Source of the DNA: Mustelus asterias
Taxonomy: Eukaryota
Length of the DNA: 64,000 nt
Assembly: GCF_964213995.1 (NCBI RefSeq)
Contig: NW_027590122.1
Location: 2,170,001 to 2,234,000 of the forward strand
Direction of reading: 5' to 3'
Positions within the stretch are counted from its first letter, which is position 1. The number at the start of each line of letters is the position of its first letter. Positions 53,505 to 64,000 of the stretch are shown in pieces. The position numbers and the translations under genes are program-made. Below the pieces are notes generated by a model. That model saw only the letters and a list, made by a program, of their open reading frames with translations. It made no database searches and was not told the origin of the DNA.

Positions 53505-55070
53505 TCGCTATGAGGAGAGGTTGGAGAAACTTGGTTTGTTCTCACTGGAACAACAGAGGTTGAGCAGTTGGGCATGGACAGAATGGATAGTCAAACGCTT
53601 TTTCCCAGGGTGGAAGAGTCACAGCTTTAAGGTGCGAGGGGCAAGGTTTAAAGGAGATGTATAAGGCAGATTTTTTACACAGTGTGTACTTTAGAATGGA
53701 CTTTAGTAAAGCGTTTGACAAAGTCCCTCATGGTAGGCTGGTGAAAAAGGTAGGATCTCATGGGATAAAGGGGGAGGTGGCTAGATGGGTGGAGAACTGG
53801 CTTGGTCACAGAAGACAGAGGGTAGTAGTGGAAGGGTCTTTTTCCGGCTGGAGGCCTGTGACTAGTGGTGTTCCGCAGGGCTCTGTATTGGGACCTCTGC
53901 TGTTTGTGATTTATATAAACGATCTGGAAGAAGGTGTAACTGGGGTGATCAGTAAGTTTGTGGACGACACAAAATTGGCAGGACTTGCAGATAGTGAGGA
54001 GCATTGTCAGAAGCTACAGAAGGATATAGATAGGCTGGAAATTTGGGCAAAGAAATGGCAGATGGAGTTCAATCCTGATAAATGCGAAGTGATGCATTTT
54101 GGTAGAAATAATGTAGGGAGGAACTATACGATAAATGGCAGAACCATAAAGGGTGTAGATACGCAGAGGGACCTGGGTGTGCAAGTCCACAGATCCTTGT
54201 AGGTGACGTCACAGGTGGAGGTGGTGGTGAAGAAGGCATATGGCATGCTTGCCTTTATAGGACGGGGCATAGAGTGTAAAAGTTGGGGTCTGATGTTGCA
54301 GATGTATAGAACGTTGGTTTGGCCGCATTTGGAATACTGCGTCCAGTTCTGGTCGCCACACTACCAGAAGGACGTGGAGGCTTTGGAGAGAGTACAGAGG
54401 AGGTTTACCAGGATGTTGCCTGGTGTGGAGGGGCTTAGTTATGAGGAGAGATTGGGTAAACTGGGGTTGTTCTCCCTGGAAAGACGGACGATGAGGGGAG
54501 ACTTAATAGAGGTGTATAAAATTATGAAAGACATAGATAGGGTGAACGGTGGGAAGCTTTTCCCCAGGTCGGTGGTGACGTTCACGAGGGGTCATAGGTT
54601 CAAGGTGAAGGTGGGGGGAGGTTTAACACAGATATCCGAAGGACATATTTTACACAGAGGGTGGTGGGGGCCTGGAATGCGCTGCCAGGCAAGGTGGTGG
54701 AGGCGGACACACTGGGAACGTTTAAGACTTATCTAGATAGCCATACGAACGGAGTGGGAATGGAGGGATACAAAAGAATGGTCTAGTTTGGACCAGGGAG
54801 CAGCACGGGCTTGGAGGGCCGAAGGGCCTGTTCCTGTGCTGTATTGTTCTTTGTTCTTGAGGGTAATGGGTGCCTGGAACTCGCTGCTGGGGGTGGTAGT
54901 GGAAGCGGATACAGTAGTGACTTTTAAGGGGCATCTGGACAAATACATGAATAGGATGGGAATAGAGGAATATGATCCCCGGAAGGGTAGGGGGTTTTAG
55001 TTCAGTCAGGCAGCATGATCAGTGCAGGCTTGGAGGGCCTGTTCTTGTGCTGTAATTTTCTTTGTTCTTA
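53505..55070 (+). mobile_element. CR1 (about 53690-54857) nested in an older CR1 3' fragment
   Basis: DFSKAFDKVPH...FVDD RT; the host resumes after the tail with gagggtaatgggtgcctggaac. Confidence 0.9.
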
Positions 55071-55243
55071 TTTCATTGGAAATGTGCTCTCCCAGGCTCA
55101 AAGAGCATCAGCTCATTGGAAGCAGAGGGGTGAAACCAGCCAGTCCAGCAGAAAGAAAACCCTTCAACCTTGCACTTCACCAACTGTCAGAATGAACGTG
55201 GTTCAGTGCTGGATGTGATTAACAGCAGAAACCAACTCGATAA

Positions 55244-56038
55244 TCATTTGTGAATCTGTTGGTGTTTCTGCAGGTTGGATAACCGAGTCAATCCCTTCCC
55301 ACACACAGAGCAGGCGAACGGCCTCTCCCCAGTGTGAACTCGCTGGTGTATCCGCAGTGCAGATGACCATTTAAATCTCATTGTGCAGTGAGAGCAGCTG
55401 AATGGTCGCTCCTCAGTGTGAATGCGCTGGTGGGACACCAGATCCACTGAGCTTTTGAATCCGCTCCCACAGTCAGAACATTTAAAGGGTCTCTCATTGG
55501 TGTGAATGAGATTGTGTCTCAGCAGGATGGATAGCTGAGTGAACCCGTTCCCACACACAGAGCAGGTGAACGGCCTCTCCCCAGTGTGAACTCGCTGGTG
55601 TTTCCGCAGGTGGAATGTCGTTCTAAACATCTTTGAGCAGTGAAAGCAGCTGAACGGTCTCTCCACAGTGTGAGTGCGTTGGTGGGACACCAGTTCTCGA
55701 GAACTTTTAAATCCACTCCCACAGTCAGTACATTTAAAGGGTCTCTCATTGGTGTGAGTGACTTTGTGACTCAGCAGGTGGGAGGACCGAGTGAATCCCT
55801 TCCCACACTGAGAGCAGGTGAACGGTCTCTCCCCGGTGTGAACTCGCTGGTGTCTCTGCAGGCTGGATGACTGAGTGAATCCCTTCCCACAATCTGAGCA
55901 GCTGAACGGTCTCTCTCCAGTGTGACTGCGTCGATGAATTTCCAGCTCTGATGGGACATTGAATCCCTTTCCACAGTCCCCACATTTCCACGGTTTTCCC
56001 CTGATGCGGGTGTCCTTGTGACTCTCCAGGTTAAACAA
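55244..56038 (-). CDS. Tandem C2H2 zinc-finger ORF, 9 fingers, lacking the family ATG
   Basis: Open 264 codons; RIRGKPWKC replaces TMEKPWKC. Confidence 0.65.
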   Translation of the reverse strand: MFNLESHKDTRIRGKPWKCGDCGKGFNVPSELEIHRRSHTGERPFSCSDCGKGFTQSSSLQRHQRVHTGERPFTCSQCGKGFTRSSHLLSHKVTHTNERPFKCTDCGSGFKSSRELVSHQRTHTVERPFSCFHCSKMFRTTFHLRKHQRVHTGERPFTCSVCGNGFTQLSILLRHNLIHTNERPFKCSDCGSGFKSSVDLVSHQRIHTEERPFSCSHCTMRFKWSSALRIHQRVHTGERPFACSVCGKGLTRLSNLQKHQQIHK

Positions 56039-56741
56039 TCAGTTAAATCTCACGCAGAACACGGGTACAGTCTCTCCCCGCTGTGAATGCTGCGATGTAT
56101 TTTCAGGCTGTGTAACTGGTTAAAGCTCTTTCCACACTCAGTGTACTGGAACACTCTCACTCGGATGTGTGTGAGTCTCGGTGCTTTTCCAGTCACACTG
56201 ATGTTGAGAATCTTCTGAAGCAGAAAGAACAGAGAAACATTTCACCTTCTAGAATCAAAGGTCAGTGATATTCAGGTCCTGATAAATTGAATGCTGACGT
56301 GATGTTTGTTTTGAGTTTTTGTCTGTAAATCCTCACCTTCTGATATCCTGTAAAACGAGTTTGAAAAATTAATCAGTGTCAGTACAGCATAGAAATTCAG
56401 AACAGACAATTCTAGTTTCTATGGAACATTCTTTCTTCTCTCATTCCCCAAAAGCTGTAAATCTTCATCCCACACACTCTCCCTCCATTCTCACTCTGCT
56501 GTATCTAATATTCGCCCTCCCAATTCTCCTGAAGGTGCTGATTGAGGCTGATTGACAGATCCATGCCCACTGCTTCCTGTCCTGGACACAGAGAGCTGAA
56601 AATCTCCATGCAGGCTTCCGGCCGAACAGAAATATGATGATATTCCTCGACTAAGAATGTTTTAAATGGATTGTTTCAGTTAGTGAAGATACAGGGGGTT
56701 GTGATTGATGATAGTCTTGAACTTACTGCCTGTGAGGGTGG

Positions 56742-57464
56742 TCATAGAGTTTGACAGCATGGAAAGAGGCCCTTCAGCCTATCGTGTTTGCGCCGACCAT
56801 CAAACACCTTTCTATTCTAATCCCATTTTCCACTCTTGGTGCGTAACCTTGTATGCTATGGCATTTCAAGAGCTCATCTAAATACTTCTTAAATGTTTCA
56901 TGCAGTGAGTTCCAGATTCCCACCACCGTCTGAGTGAAAAGGTTTTTCCTCACATCTCCTATAAACCTACTGCCCCTGAACTTAAATCCATGCCTTTGGT
57001 TATTGCCCCCTCTACTAAAGAGAAAAGTTCCTTCCTGTCCCCCTCCATCTGTGCCCCTCAGAATTTTATACACCTCAATAAGGTCCCTCTCACCCTTCTC
57101 TGCTCCAAGAAAAACAACGCCAGCCTATCCAGTTTCTCTTGATAGCTGAAACACTCCAGCCCAGGCAACACCCTGGGGAATTTCCTCTGCACCTTCTACA
57201 GTGCAATTACATCCTTCCTATAGTGTGGCAACCAGAACTGCACACAGTACTCCACCATAGTGTGGCCAACCAGCGTTTTGTATAGCTCCATTATAACCTC
57301 CCTGCTCTTATATTCAATGCCTCGGTTAATGAAGGCAAGTATCCCATGTGCCTTCTGAACCACCTTATGTCGCTGTCCTACTGTCTTCAGAGATCTATGA
57401 ACATACGCACCAAGGTCCCTCTGATCCTCTGTACCTCCGAGGATCTGACTATTCATTGTGCATT
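56742..57464 (-). mobile_element. Old CR1 3' fragment fused to U2-headed element
   Basis: DQRDLGAYVHRSLK...QFWLPHYRKDV. Confidence 0.85.
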
Positions 57465-57675
<211 letters not shown>

Positions 57676-57728
57676 TAAAGCACAGATGTACATAAATTGG
57701 CAATAAATAGTAAAATAAACTGACAGAA

Positions 57729-58265
57729 CAGAGGAGGAGGTTTGGTCTGAAGCTCATTGGCCAACCAACTTCCGCATTCAGAAAATGGGAGCTCTGATTG
57801 GCTGGAGGACCAGACTCCTTGCGGTCCTCCAACTCTTCCCATTGGTCAAAACCTCAGTATCTTCGTCAGCGTGTGGGCACCTCCCCCGCACATGTGCAGC
57901 TTCCCTCTCCCTTGAACATGCGCAGTCCGGGCCGGCGGGAGGAGATCACCGAGCGGCTTCTCGCTCTGGCCGGAGCTGTCAGCCGGTTGCCTGGAAACCT
58001 TGGCTGGAGGAGGGGGAGGGGCAACAGAGGGTGGGGACGGCCGGGCCTGCGCATTGGAACCGCAGTGACGTCACCGGAGAGCAGCGAGATTCCTATTGGC
58101 TGATTCAGGCAGGGCTCTATTGTGACGCCACAATGCGGAAGTTGGCCAATGAGCTTCAGATTAAACCTTCCGCCTCTGCAACATCTGGGAGGAAATCAAT
58201 GTTTCCCCCTTTCCGTTTCTTTTCTCATTCTGGGGGAAATTGGGGACTTGCAGCAACTGAAGGGT
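57729..58265. promoter_or_regulatory. Bidirectional CpG-island promoter between divergent ZNF genes
   Basis: CCAAT boxes, TGACGTCA, X-box-like, NRF1-like, GCGGAAGT; donor aagg/gtaagg near 58263. Confidence 0.75.
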
Positions 58266-58930
58266 AAGGTCGTGAATCCAGTCTGTATATTCCACACATT
58301 TTTAGTCCAGTCATATGGGCATATATCTGTCTGGCCGCCTGCATTGAGATTTTCAGCTCTCTGTGTCCAGGACAGGAAGCAGTGAGCACGGATCTGTCAA
58401 TCAGCCTCAATCAGCACCTTCAGGAGAATTGGGAGGGTGAATATTAGATACAGCAGAGTGAGAATGGAGGGAGAGTGTGTGGGATGGAGATTTACAGCTT
58501 TTGGGGAATGAGAGAGAAAGAATGTTCCATAGAAACTGGAATTGTCTGTTCTGATTTTCGATCCTGTACTGACAGTGATGACTTGTGTCAACTTGTTTTA
58601 CAGGATATTGAAAGAGGAATCACAGGCTAAAATCTCGAATGTCACGTTGAGATCTGGCAGAGTCATATTCCTTGGGACCTGAATATCATCGGCCATTGAA
58701 TCTGGAAGATTTGAAAAGATTTCAAACATCAATCTGACTGAAAAAGCACCAACACACTTCCACATTCAAGTGAGAGTGTTCCAGTGCACTGACTGAAGAG
58801 CTTTAACCAGTTACACAGCCTGAATAAATATCACACCATTCACAGCGGGGAGACACTGTACACGTGTTGTGTGTGTGGATGAGGCTTCAGCTGATTGTCC
58901 ACCCAAGGTAGAGGCAAGGACACCTGCATC

Positions 58931-59425
58931 ATGGAGAAACCATGGAAATGTGCGGACTGTGGGAAGAGATACAGAGCCCCCTCTCTGCTTGATGCTCATC
59001 GGCGCAGCCACACTGGGGAGAGGCCATTCATCTGCCCTCAGTGTGGGAAGGGATTCAACCAGCTATCCAATCTATGGACACACCAGCGAATTCACACTGG
59101 GGAGAGGCCATTCATCTGCTCTCAGTGTGGGAAGGGATTCACTCGGTCATCTGACCTGCAGACACATCAGCGCGTTCACACTGGGGAGAGGCCATTCACC
59201 TGCTCTCAGTGTGGAAAGGGATTCACTGTGTCATCCGCCTTGCAGAGACACCAGCGAGTTCACACTGGGGAGAGGCCGTTCACCTGCTCTCAGTGTGGGA
59301 AGGGATTCACTCGGTCATCCGTCCTGCGGACACATCAGCGCATTCACAGCGGGGAGAGGCCGTTTACCTGCTCTCAGTGTGGGAAGGAATTCACTCAGTT
59401 ATCCCACCTGCTGAGACATCAGTGA
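58931..59425 (+). CDS. C2H2 ZNF, 5 complete fingers, truncated in finger 6 (possible pseudogene)
   Basis: ATG 58931; HQ-TGA where paralogs have HQ-CGA; decayed fingers continue to about 59515. Confidence 0.7.
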   Translation: MEKPWKCADCGKRYRAPSLLDAHRRSHTGERPFICPQCGKGFNQLSNLWTHQRIHTGERPFICSQCGKGFTRSSDLQTHQRVHTGERPFTCSQCGKGFTVSSALQRHQRVHTGERPFTCSQCGKGFTRSSVLRTHQRIHSGERPFTCSQCGKEFTQLSHLLRHQ

Positions 59426-60274
59426 GGTTACACTGGGGAGAAACCGTTCACCTGCTGAGTGTATAAAAAGTGTTCAGAATTTCATCCCAGCTGCTGAGAC
59501 ACCAACAAGTTCACAGGGTTGGATTCTGCTGTTATTGTTTCCGCTCTCAAGTACATCCAGGACTGCATTTTGTTCATTCTCACAGTTAGTCAATGGGGAA
59601 GGTCGGAGGGTTTCTTTCTGCTGGACTGGCCGGTCTCACAACTTTGCCTCCAATGGGCTGATGCTCTTTGTGTCTTGTTGCGAATACATGGTTTCAAATT
59701 TCTCAAGGATCACAGAGTGACCGGGTGTGAGGAAGTTCAGAGATATTTAGTCAGCATTTCTGTCTGAAACCCCCCAATGCTCATCCAATTTCCTTTGTAA
59801 TTGGTTATTGTCTCCGTTTCCTCCACCCTCGTAGGCAGCGAGTTCCAGGTCATTACCATTCGCTGCATTAAAATATTCTTCCTCACATCCCCCCTACATC
59901 TCTGACCCAAAACTTTAACTCTGTGTCCCCCTCTCCTTCTCCCATCAGCTAATGGGAACAGTTTTTCTTTGTCCACCTTATCTAAATCTGGCAGAATCTT
60001 GTCCTTTGCTGCAAGGAGAACAACCCCAGCCTGACATTGACAATAAAGAACAAACTAACAGAATATGTTCGTACCTGAAATCAAATGGGAATGTTTAAAT
60101 TCTGTTTTAAAGATATTGTGAATATATTGTCCTGGACAATAAAGGAATTGGAATAACTCACCTTGGGTGTGGTTGAATGGAATATATCAATCTGGTATCC
60201 ACCTACAGTCTAGGGAAAGTCTGGAATGTGTAGCTGGAAATCTTTCCCTAATATCACTGTGGATGGACTTACAC

Positions 60275-60540
60275 AATGTGGAGATGCCGGCGTTGGACTG
60301 GGGTAAACACAGTAAGAAGTTTAACAACACCAGGTTAAAGTCCAACAGGTTTATTTGGTAGCAAAAGCCACACAAGCTTTCGGAGCCTTAAGCCCCTTCT
60401 TCAGGTGAGTGGGAATTCTGTTCACAAACAGGGCGTATAAAGACACAAACTCAATTTACAGAATAATGCTTGGAATGCGAATACTTACAACTAATCAAGG
60501 CTTTAAGATACAAACAATGTGAGTGGAGAGAGCATCAAGA
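60275..60540 (-). mobile_element. Penelope-like terminus with hammerhead core
   Basis: Minus strand cac-CTGAAGA-A-GGGGC-TTAAG-GCTCC-GAAAGCTT-gtg at 60371-60407. Confidence 0.65.
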
Positions 60541-60542
60541 CA

Positions 60543-60873
60543 GGCGGCACGGTAGCACAGTGGTTAGCACTGCTGCTTCACAGCTCCAGGGACCTGGGTT
60601 CGATTCCCGGCTTGGGTCACTGCCTGTGTTGAGTTTGCACATTCTCCTCGTGTCTGCGTGGGTTTCCTCCGGGTGCTCCGGTTTCCTCCCACAGTCCAAA
60701 GATGTGCGGGTTAGGTTGATTGGCCATGCTAAAATTGCCCCTTAGTGTCCTGAGATGCGTAGGTTAGAGGGATCAGCGGGTAAATATGTAGGGATATGGG
60801 GGTAGGGTCTGGGTGGGATTGTGGTCGGTGGGCCAGATGGCCTCTTTCTGCACTGTAGGGTTTGTAAGTTTCT
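60543..60873 (+). mobile_element. Full-length HE1-type V-SINE
   Basis: Near-identical to 11836-12177. Confidence 0.92.
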
Positions 60874-60984
60874 AAAGAGATGTGTATTGGACACTTTCAG
60901 CTCTCTGTGTCCTGGACACAGCTGGAAATCTCCATGCAGGCTCCCAGACAGATATATGTCTATCTGACTGGACTAACAATGTGT

Positions 60985-61400
60985 GGAATGTACAGACTGG
61001 GGGAACAATGGGTGGGGGCGGGGCTCCTGGTTCCGCGCGCCTGAACCCGGAGACGTCACCACGGAGCAGAGTGATTGCTATTGGCTGATTCAGGCAGGGC
61101 TCCATTGTGCCGTCACAATGACTCAGAGGGGCGTTCCCAGCACACAGTGTCCCATTGGCAGCAATATCACTGGTTACAGAAGCAGCACACTGCGGATTGG
61201 ACACCAGCTCAGCAAGGCTGGCGGTCAAAGCCCCGCCCACCCCCACGTGGGCTCGGCTTCCGCCCCCTCATTGTCCACATGCGGCAGATTCACCAATGGC
61301 AACGCGTGGAGGACCGGATGGGCGCTGGTCCTCCAGCCAATCAGAGTCCGGGCCCTGTGTCAATGGCTGCGCGGAGCTTGGTCCATTGTCTGTGAGTAAA
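60985..61400 (+). promoter_or_regulatory. CpG-island ZNF promoter and exon 1
   Basis: GACGTCA, CCAAT boxes, GC boxes, two palindromic modules, donor gtgagt near 61392. Confidence 0.7.
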
Positions 61401-62193
61401 GTGTTTGAATTCTGCGCTCCAGAGGACTGCGGAGCCTCAGTCATCAAATATTTTCAAGAGAGAGATTGGTAACTTTTGAGGCATTGAGCAACCTGGGGGA
61501 TAGTTTGGGAAATATTGGTCCTATGGAAATAGTGTGAGGTAGATCAGCCAATTCTCAATCAATGGTTGAAGCAGTTCGATGGGCTGAATGGCCAACTGCA
61601 GCTCCTATTTGTTATGATTTCTGTGCTGGACAGGAAGCAGTGAGCATGGATCTGTCAATCAGCCTCAATCAGCATCTTCAGGAAAATTGGGAGGGTGAAT
61701 ATTAGATACAGCAGAGTGAGAATGGAGGGAGAGTGTGTGGGATGGAGATTTACAGCTTTTGCACAATGAGAGAGGAAAGAATGTTCCATAGAAACTAGAA
61801 TGGTCTGTTTTGAATTTCTATTTCTATTTCTAACTCAATTTACAGGATATTGAAAGAGGATTTACAGGCTGAAATCTCAAATGTCACGTCTAGATCTGGC
61901 AGTCATATTCCTTGGGAGTGAAATATCATTGGCCTTTGAATCTGGAAGGGGAAATGTTTGTCCAGTCTGTCGATTTGAAAAAAAATTCAAGCATCAGTAT
62001 GACTGGAAAAGCACCAACACACTGCCACACTTGAGTGAGAGTATTCCAATGAACTGACTAAAGAGCTTTAACCAGTTACACAGCCTGAATAAATGTCACA
62101 CCATTCACAGTGAGGACAGACCGTACTGGTGTTGTGCCTGGACGAGGTTTCAACTGATTGTCCACCCAAGAGAGCGGCAAGGACACCTGCACC

Positions 62194-63246
62194 ATGGAGA
62201 AACCATGGAAATGTGCGGATTGTGGGAAGAGATACAGCGCCCCATCTCAGCTGGAAGCTCATCGGCGCAGTCACACTGGGGAGAGGCCGTTCATCTGCTC
62301 TCAGTGTGGGAAGGGATTCACTCTGTCATCCAGCCTGCAGACACACCAGCGAGTTCACACTGGAGAGAGGCCATTCGCCTGCTCTCAGTGTGGGAACAAA
62401 TTCACTCAGTTATCCAGCCTGCAGACACACCAGCGAGTTCACACTGGGGAGAGGCCGTTCACCTGCTCTCAGTGTGGGAAAGGATTCAGTCAGTTGTCCA
62501 GCCTGCGGACACACCAGCGAGTTCACACTGGGATGAGGCCATTCACCTGCTCTCAGTGTGGGAAGGGTTTCACTCGGTTATCGAACATGTGGAGACACCA
62601 GCGAGTTCACACTGGGGAGAGGCCATTCACCTGCTCTCAGTGTGGGAAGGGATTCAGTCAGTTTTCCAGCCTGCAGACACACCAGCGGGTTCATACTGGG
62701 GAGAGGCCGTTCACCTGCTCTCAGTGTGGGAAGGGATTCAGAGCTTCATCCAGCCTGCGGACACACCAGCGAGTTCACACTGGGGAGAGGCCGTTCACCT
62801 GCTCTCTGTGTGGGAAGGAATTCACTCGGTCCTGCCACCTGTGGAGACACCAGCGAGTTCACACTGGGGAGAGGCCATTCACCTGCTCTCAGTGTGGGGA
62901 GGGATTCAGAGCTTCTTCCAGCCTGCGGACTCACCAGCGAGTTCACACTGGGGAGAGACCGTTCACCTGCTCTCAGTGTGGAAAGGGATTCACTCGGTCA
63001 TCCAGCCTGCGGACACACCAGCGAGTTCACACTGGGGAGAGACCGTTCACCTGCTCTCAGTGTGGGAAGGCATTCATAACTTCATCCAGCCTGCGGACAC
63101 ACCAGCGAGTTCACACTGGGGAGAGGCCGTTCACCTGCTCTCAGTGTGGGAAGGGATTCACTCAGTCATCCCACCTGCGGAGGCACCAGCAAGTTCACAC
63201 TGGGGAGTGGCCGTTCACCTACTCTGTGTGGGAAGCGGTTCAGTGA
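62194..63246 (+). CDS. Tandem C2H2 zinc-finger protein, 12 fingers, with 3 more decayed fingers after a frameshift
   Basis: ATG 62194 (MEKPWKC); homogeneous CSQC units; residual fingers to about 63450 in another frame. Confidence 0.9.
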   Translation: MEKPWKCADCGKRYSAPSQLEAHRRSHTGERPFICSQCGKGFTLSSSLQTHQRVHTGERPFACSQCGNKFTQLSSLQTHQRVHTGERPFTCSQCGKGFSQLSSLRTHQRVHTGMRPFTCSQCGKGFTRLSNMWRHQRVHTGERPFTCSQCGKGFSQFSSLQTHQRVHTGERPFTCSQCGKGFRASSSLRTHQRVHTGERPFTCSLCGKEFTRSCHLWRHQRVHTGERPFTCSQCGEGFRASSSLRTHQRVHTGERPFTCSQCGKGFTRSSSLRTHQRVHTGERPFTCSQCGKAFITSSSLRTHQRVHTGERPFTCSQCGKGFTQSSHLRRHQQVHTGEWPFTYSVWEAVQ

Positions 63247-63799
63247 TTCATCCAGCCAGCAGAAACACCAACAAGTTCACACTGGGTGGAAACCATTCAC
63301 CTGCTCTGTGTATGGAAAGGGGTTCTCTCGGTTATTCTGCCTGCAGACACACCAGGGAATTCACACTGGGGAGAGACCGTTCAGCTGCTCTGTGTGTGAG
63401 AAGAGATTCAGTCTTTCATCTCAGCTGTTGGTACACCAGCGAGTTCACGAGTGGTTCCAGTGGTCGATTTTGCTGTTATTGTTTCTGCTTTCAATTATAT
63501 TGGTCAATGGGGAGGGTCGGAGGGTTTCTTTCTGCTGGACTGGCTGGTCTCACAACTTTGCCTCCAATGGCTGATGCTCTTGTCTTGTTGCGAATACCTG
63601 GTTTCAAATTTCACAAGGATCACAGAGTGACAGAGTGTGAGGAAGTTCAGAGATATTTAGTCAGCATTTCTGTTTGAAACCTCCCAAATGCCCATCCAAT
63701 TTCCTTTATAATTGTTTATTGTCTCCACTTCCTCCTCCCTCGTAGGCAGCGAGTTCCAGGTCATTACCATTCACTGCATCAAAATATTATTCCTCACAT

Positions 63800-64000
63800 G
63801 GGCAGCACGGTAGCACAGTGGTTAGCACTGCTGCTTCACAGCTCCAGGGACCTGGGTTCGATTCCCAGCTTGGGTCACAGTCTGTGTGGAGTTTGCACAT
63901 TCTCCTCGTGTCTGCGTGGGTTTCCTCCGGGTGCTCTGGTTTCCTCCCACAGTCCAAAGATGTGCGGGTTAGTTTGATTGGGCATGCTAAAATTTGCCCC
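63800..64000 (+). mobile_element. HE1-type V-SINE, runs off the window
   Basis: Head and V-domain. Confidence 0.9.

Overview
Eukaryotic genomic DNA, almost certainly from a shark: it carries HE1-type V-SINEs and CR1/HER1-type LINEs typical of elasmobranchs. The window is a tandem cluster of C2H2 zinc-finger genes with about 8 long arrays (5 to 15 fingers, several damaged) plus about 4 pseudogene remnants on both strands. None shows a recognisable KRAB, SCAN or BTB effector domain. The genes are built from one duplicated cassette: modular CpG-island promoter, short exons 1 and 2, a conserved intron, a 5' UTR made of stop-containing fossil fingers, an ACCATGG-MEKPWKC start, the finger array and a shared 3' UTR. 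Between genes lie many CR1 fragments, a 3.5-kb Tx1-clade LINE, Rex1/Babar-like and L2-group LINE pieces, SINEs, Penelope-type termini with hammerhead-ribozyme cores, a GalEa-like Copia relic, a Gypsy integrase scrap and a decayed BTBD17/LGALS3BP-like gene. The most unusual items are (i) a TSD-flanked, hairpin-rich short element headed by U2 snRNA nt 1-39, present twice, (ii) minisatellite-like ZNF arrays diversifying at DNA-contact residues and open in all three sense frames, and (iii) shuffled, highly conserved palindromic promoter modules. All calls are by eye; repeat boundaries are approximate and family names need database confirmation.
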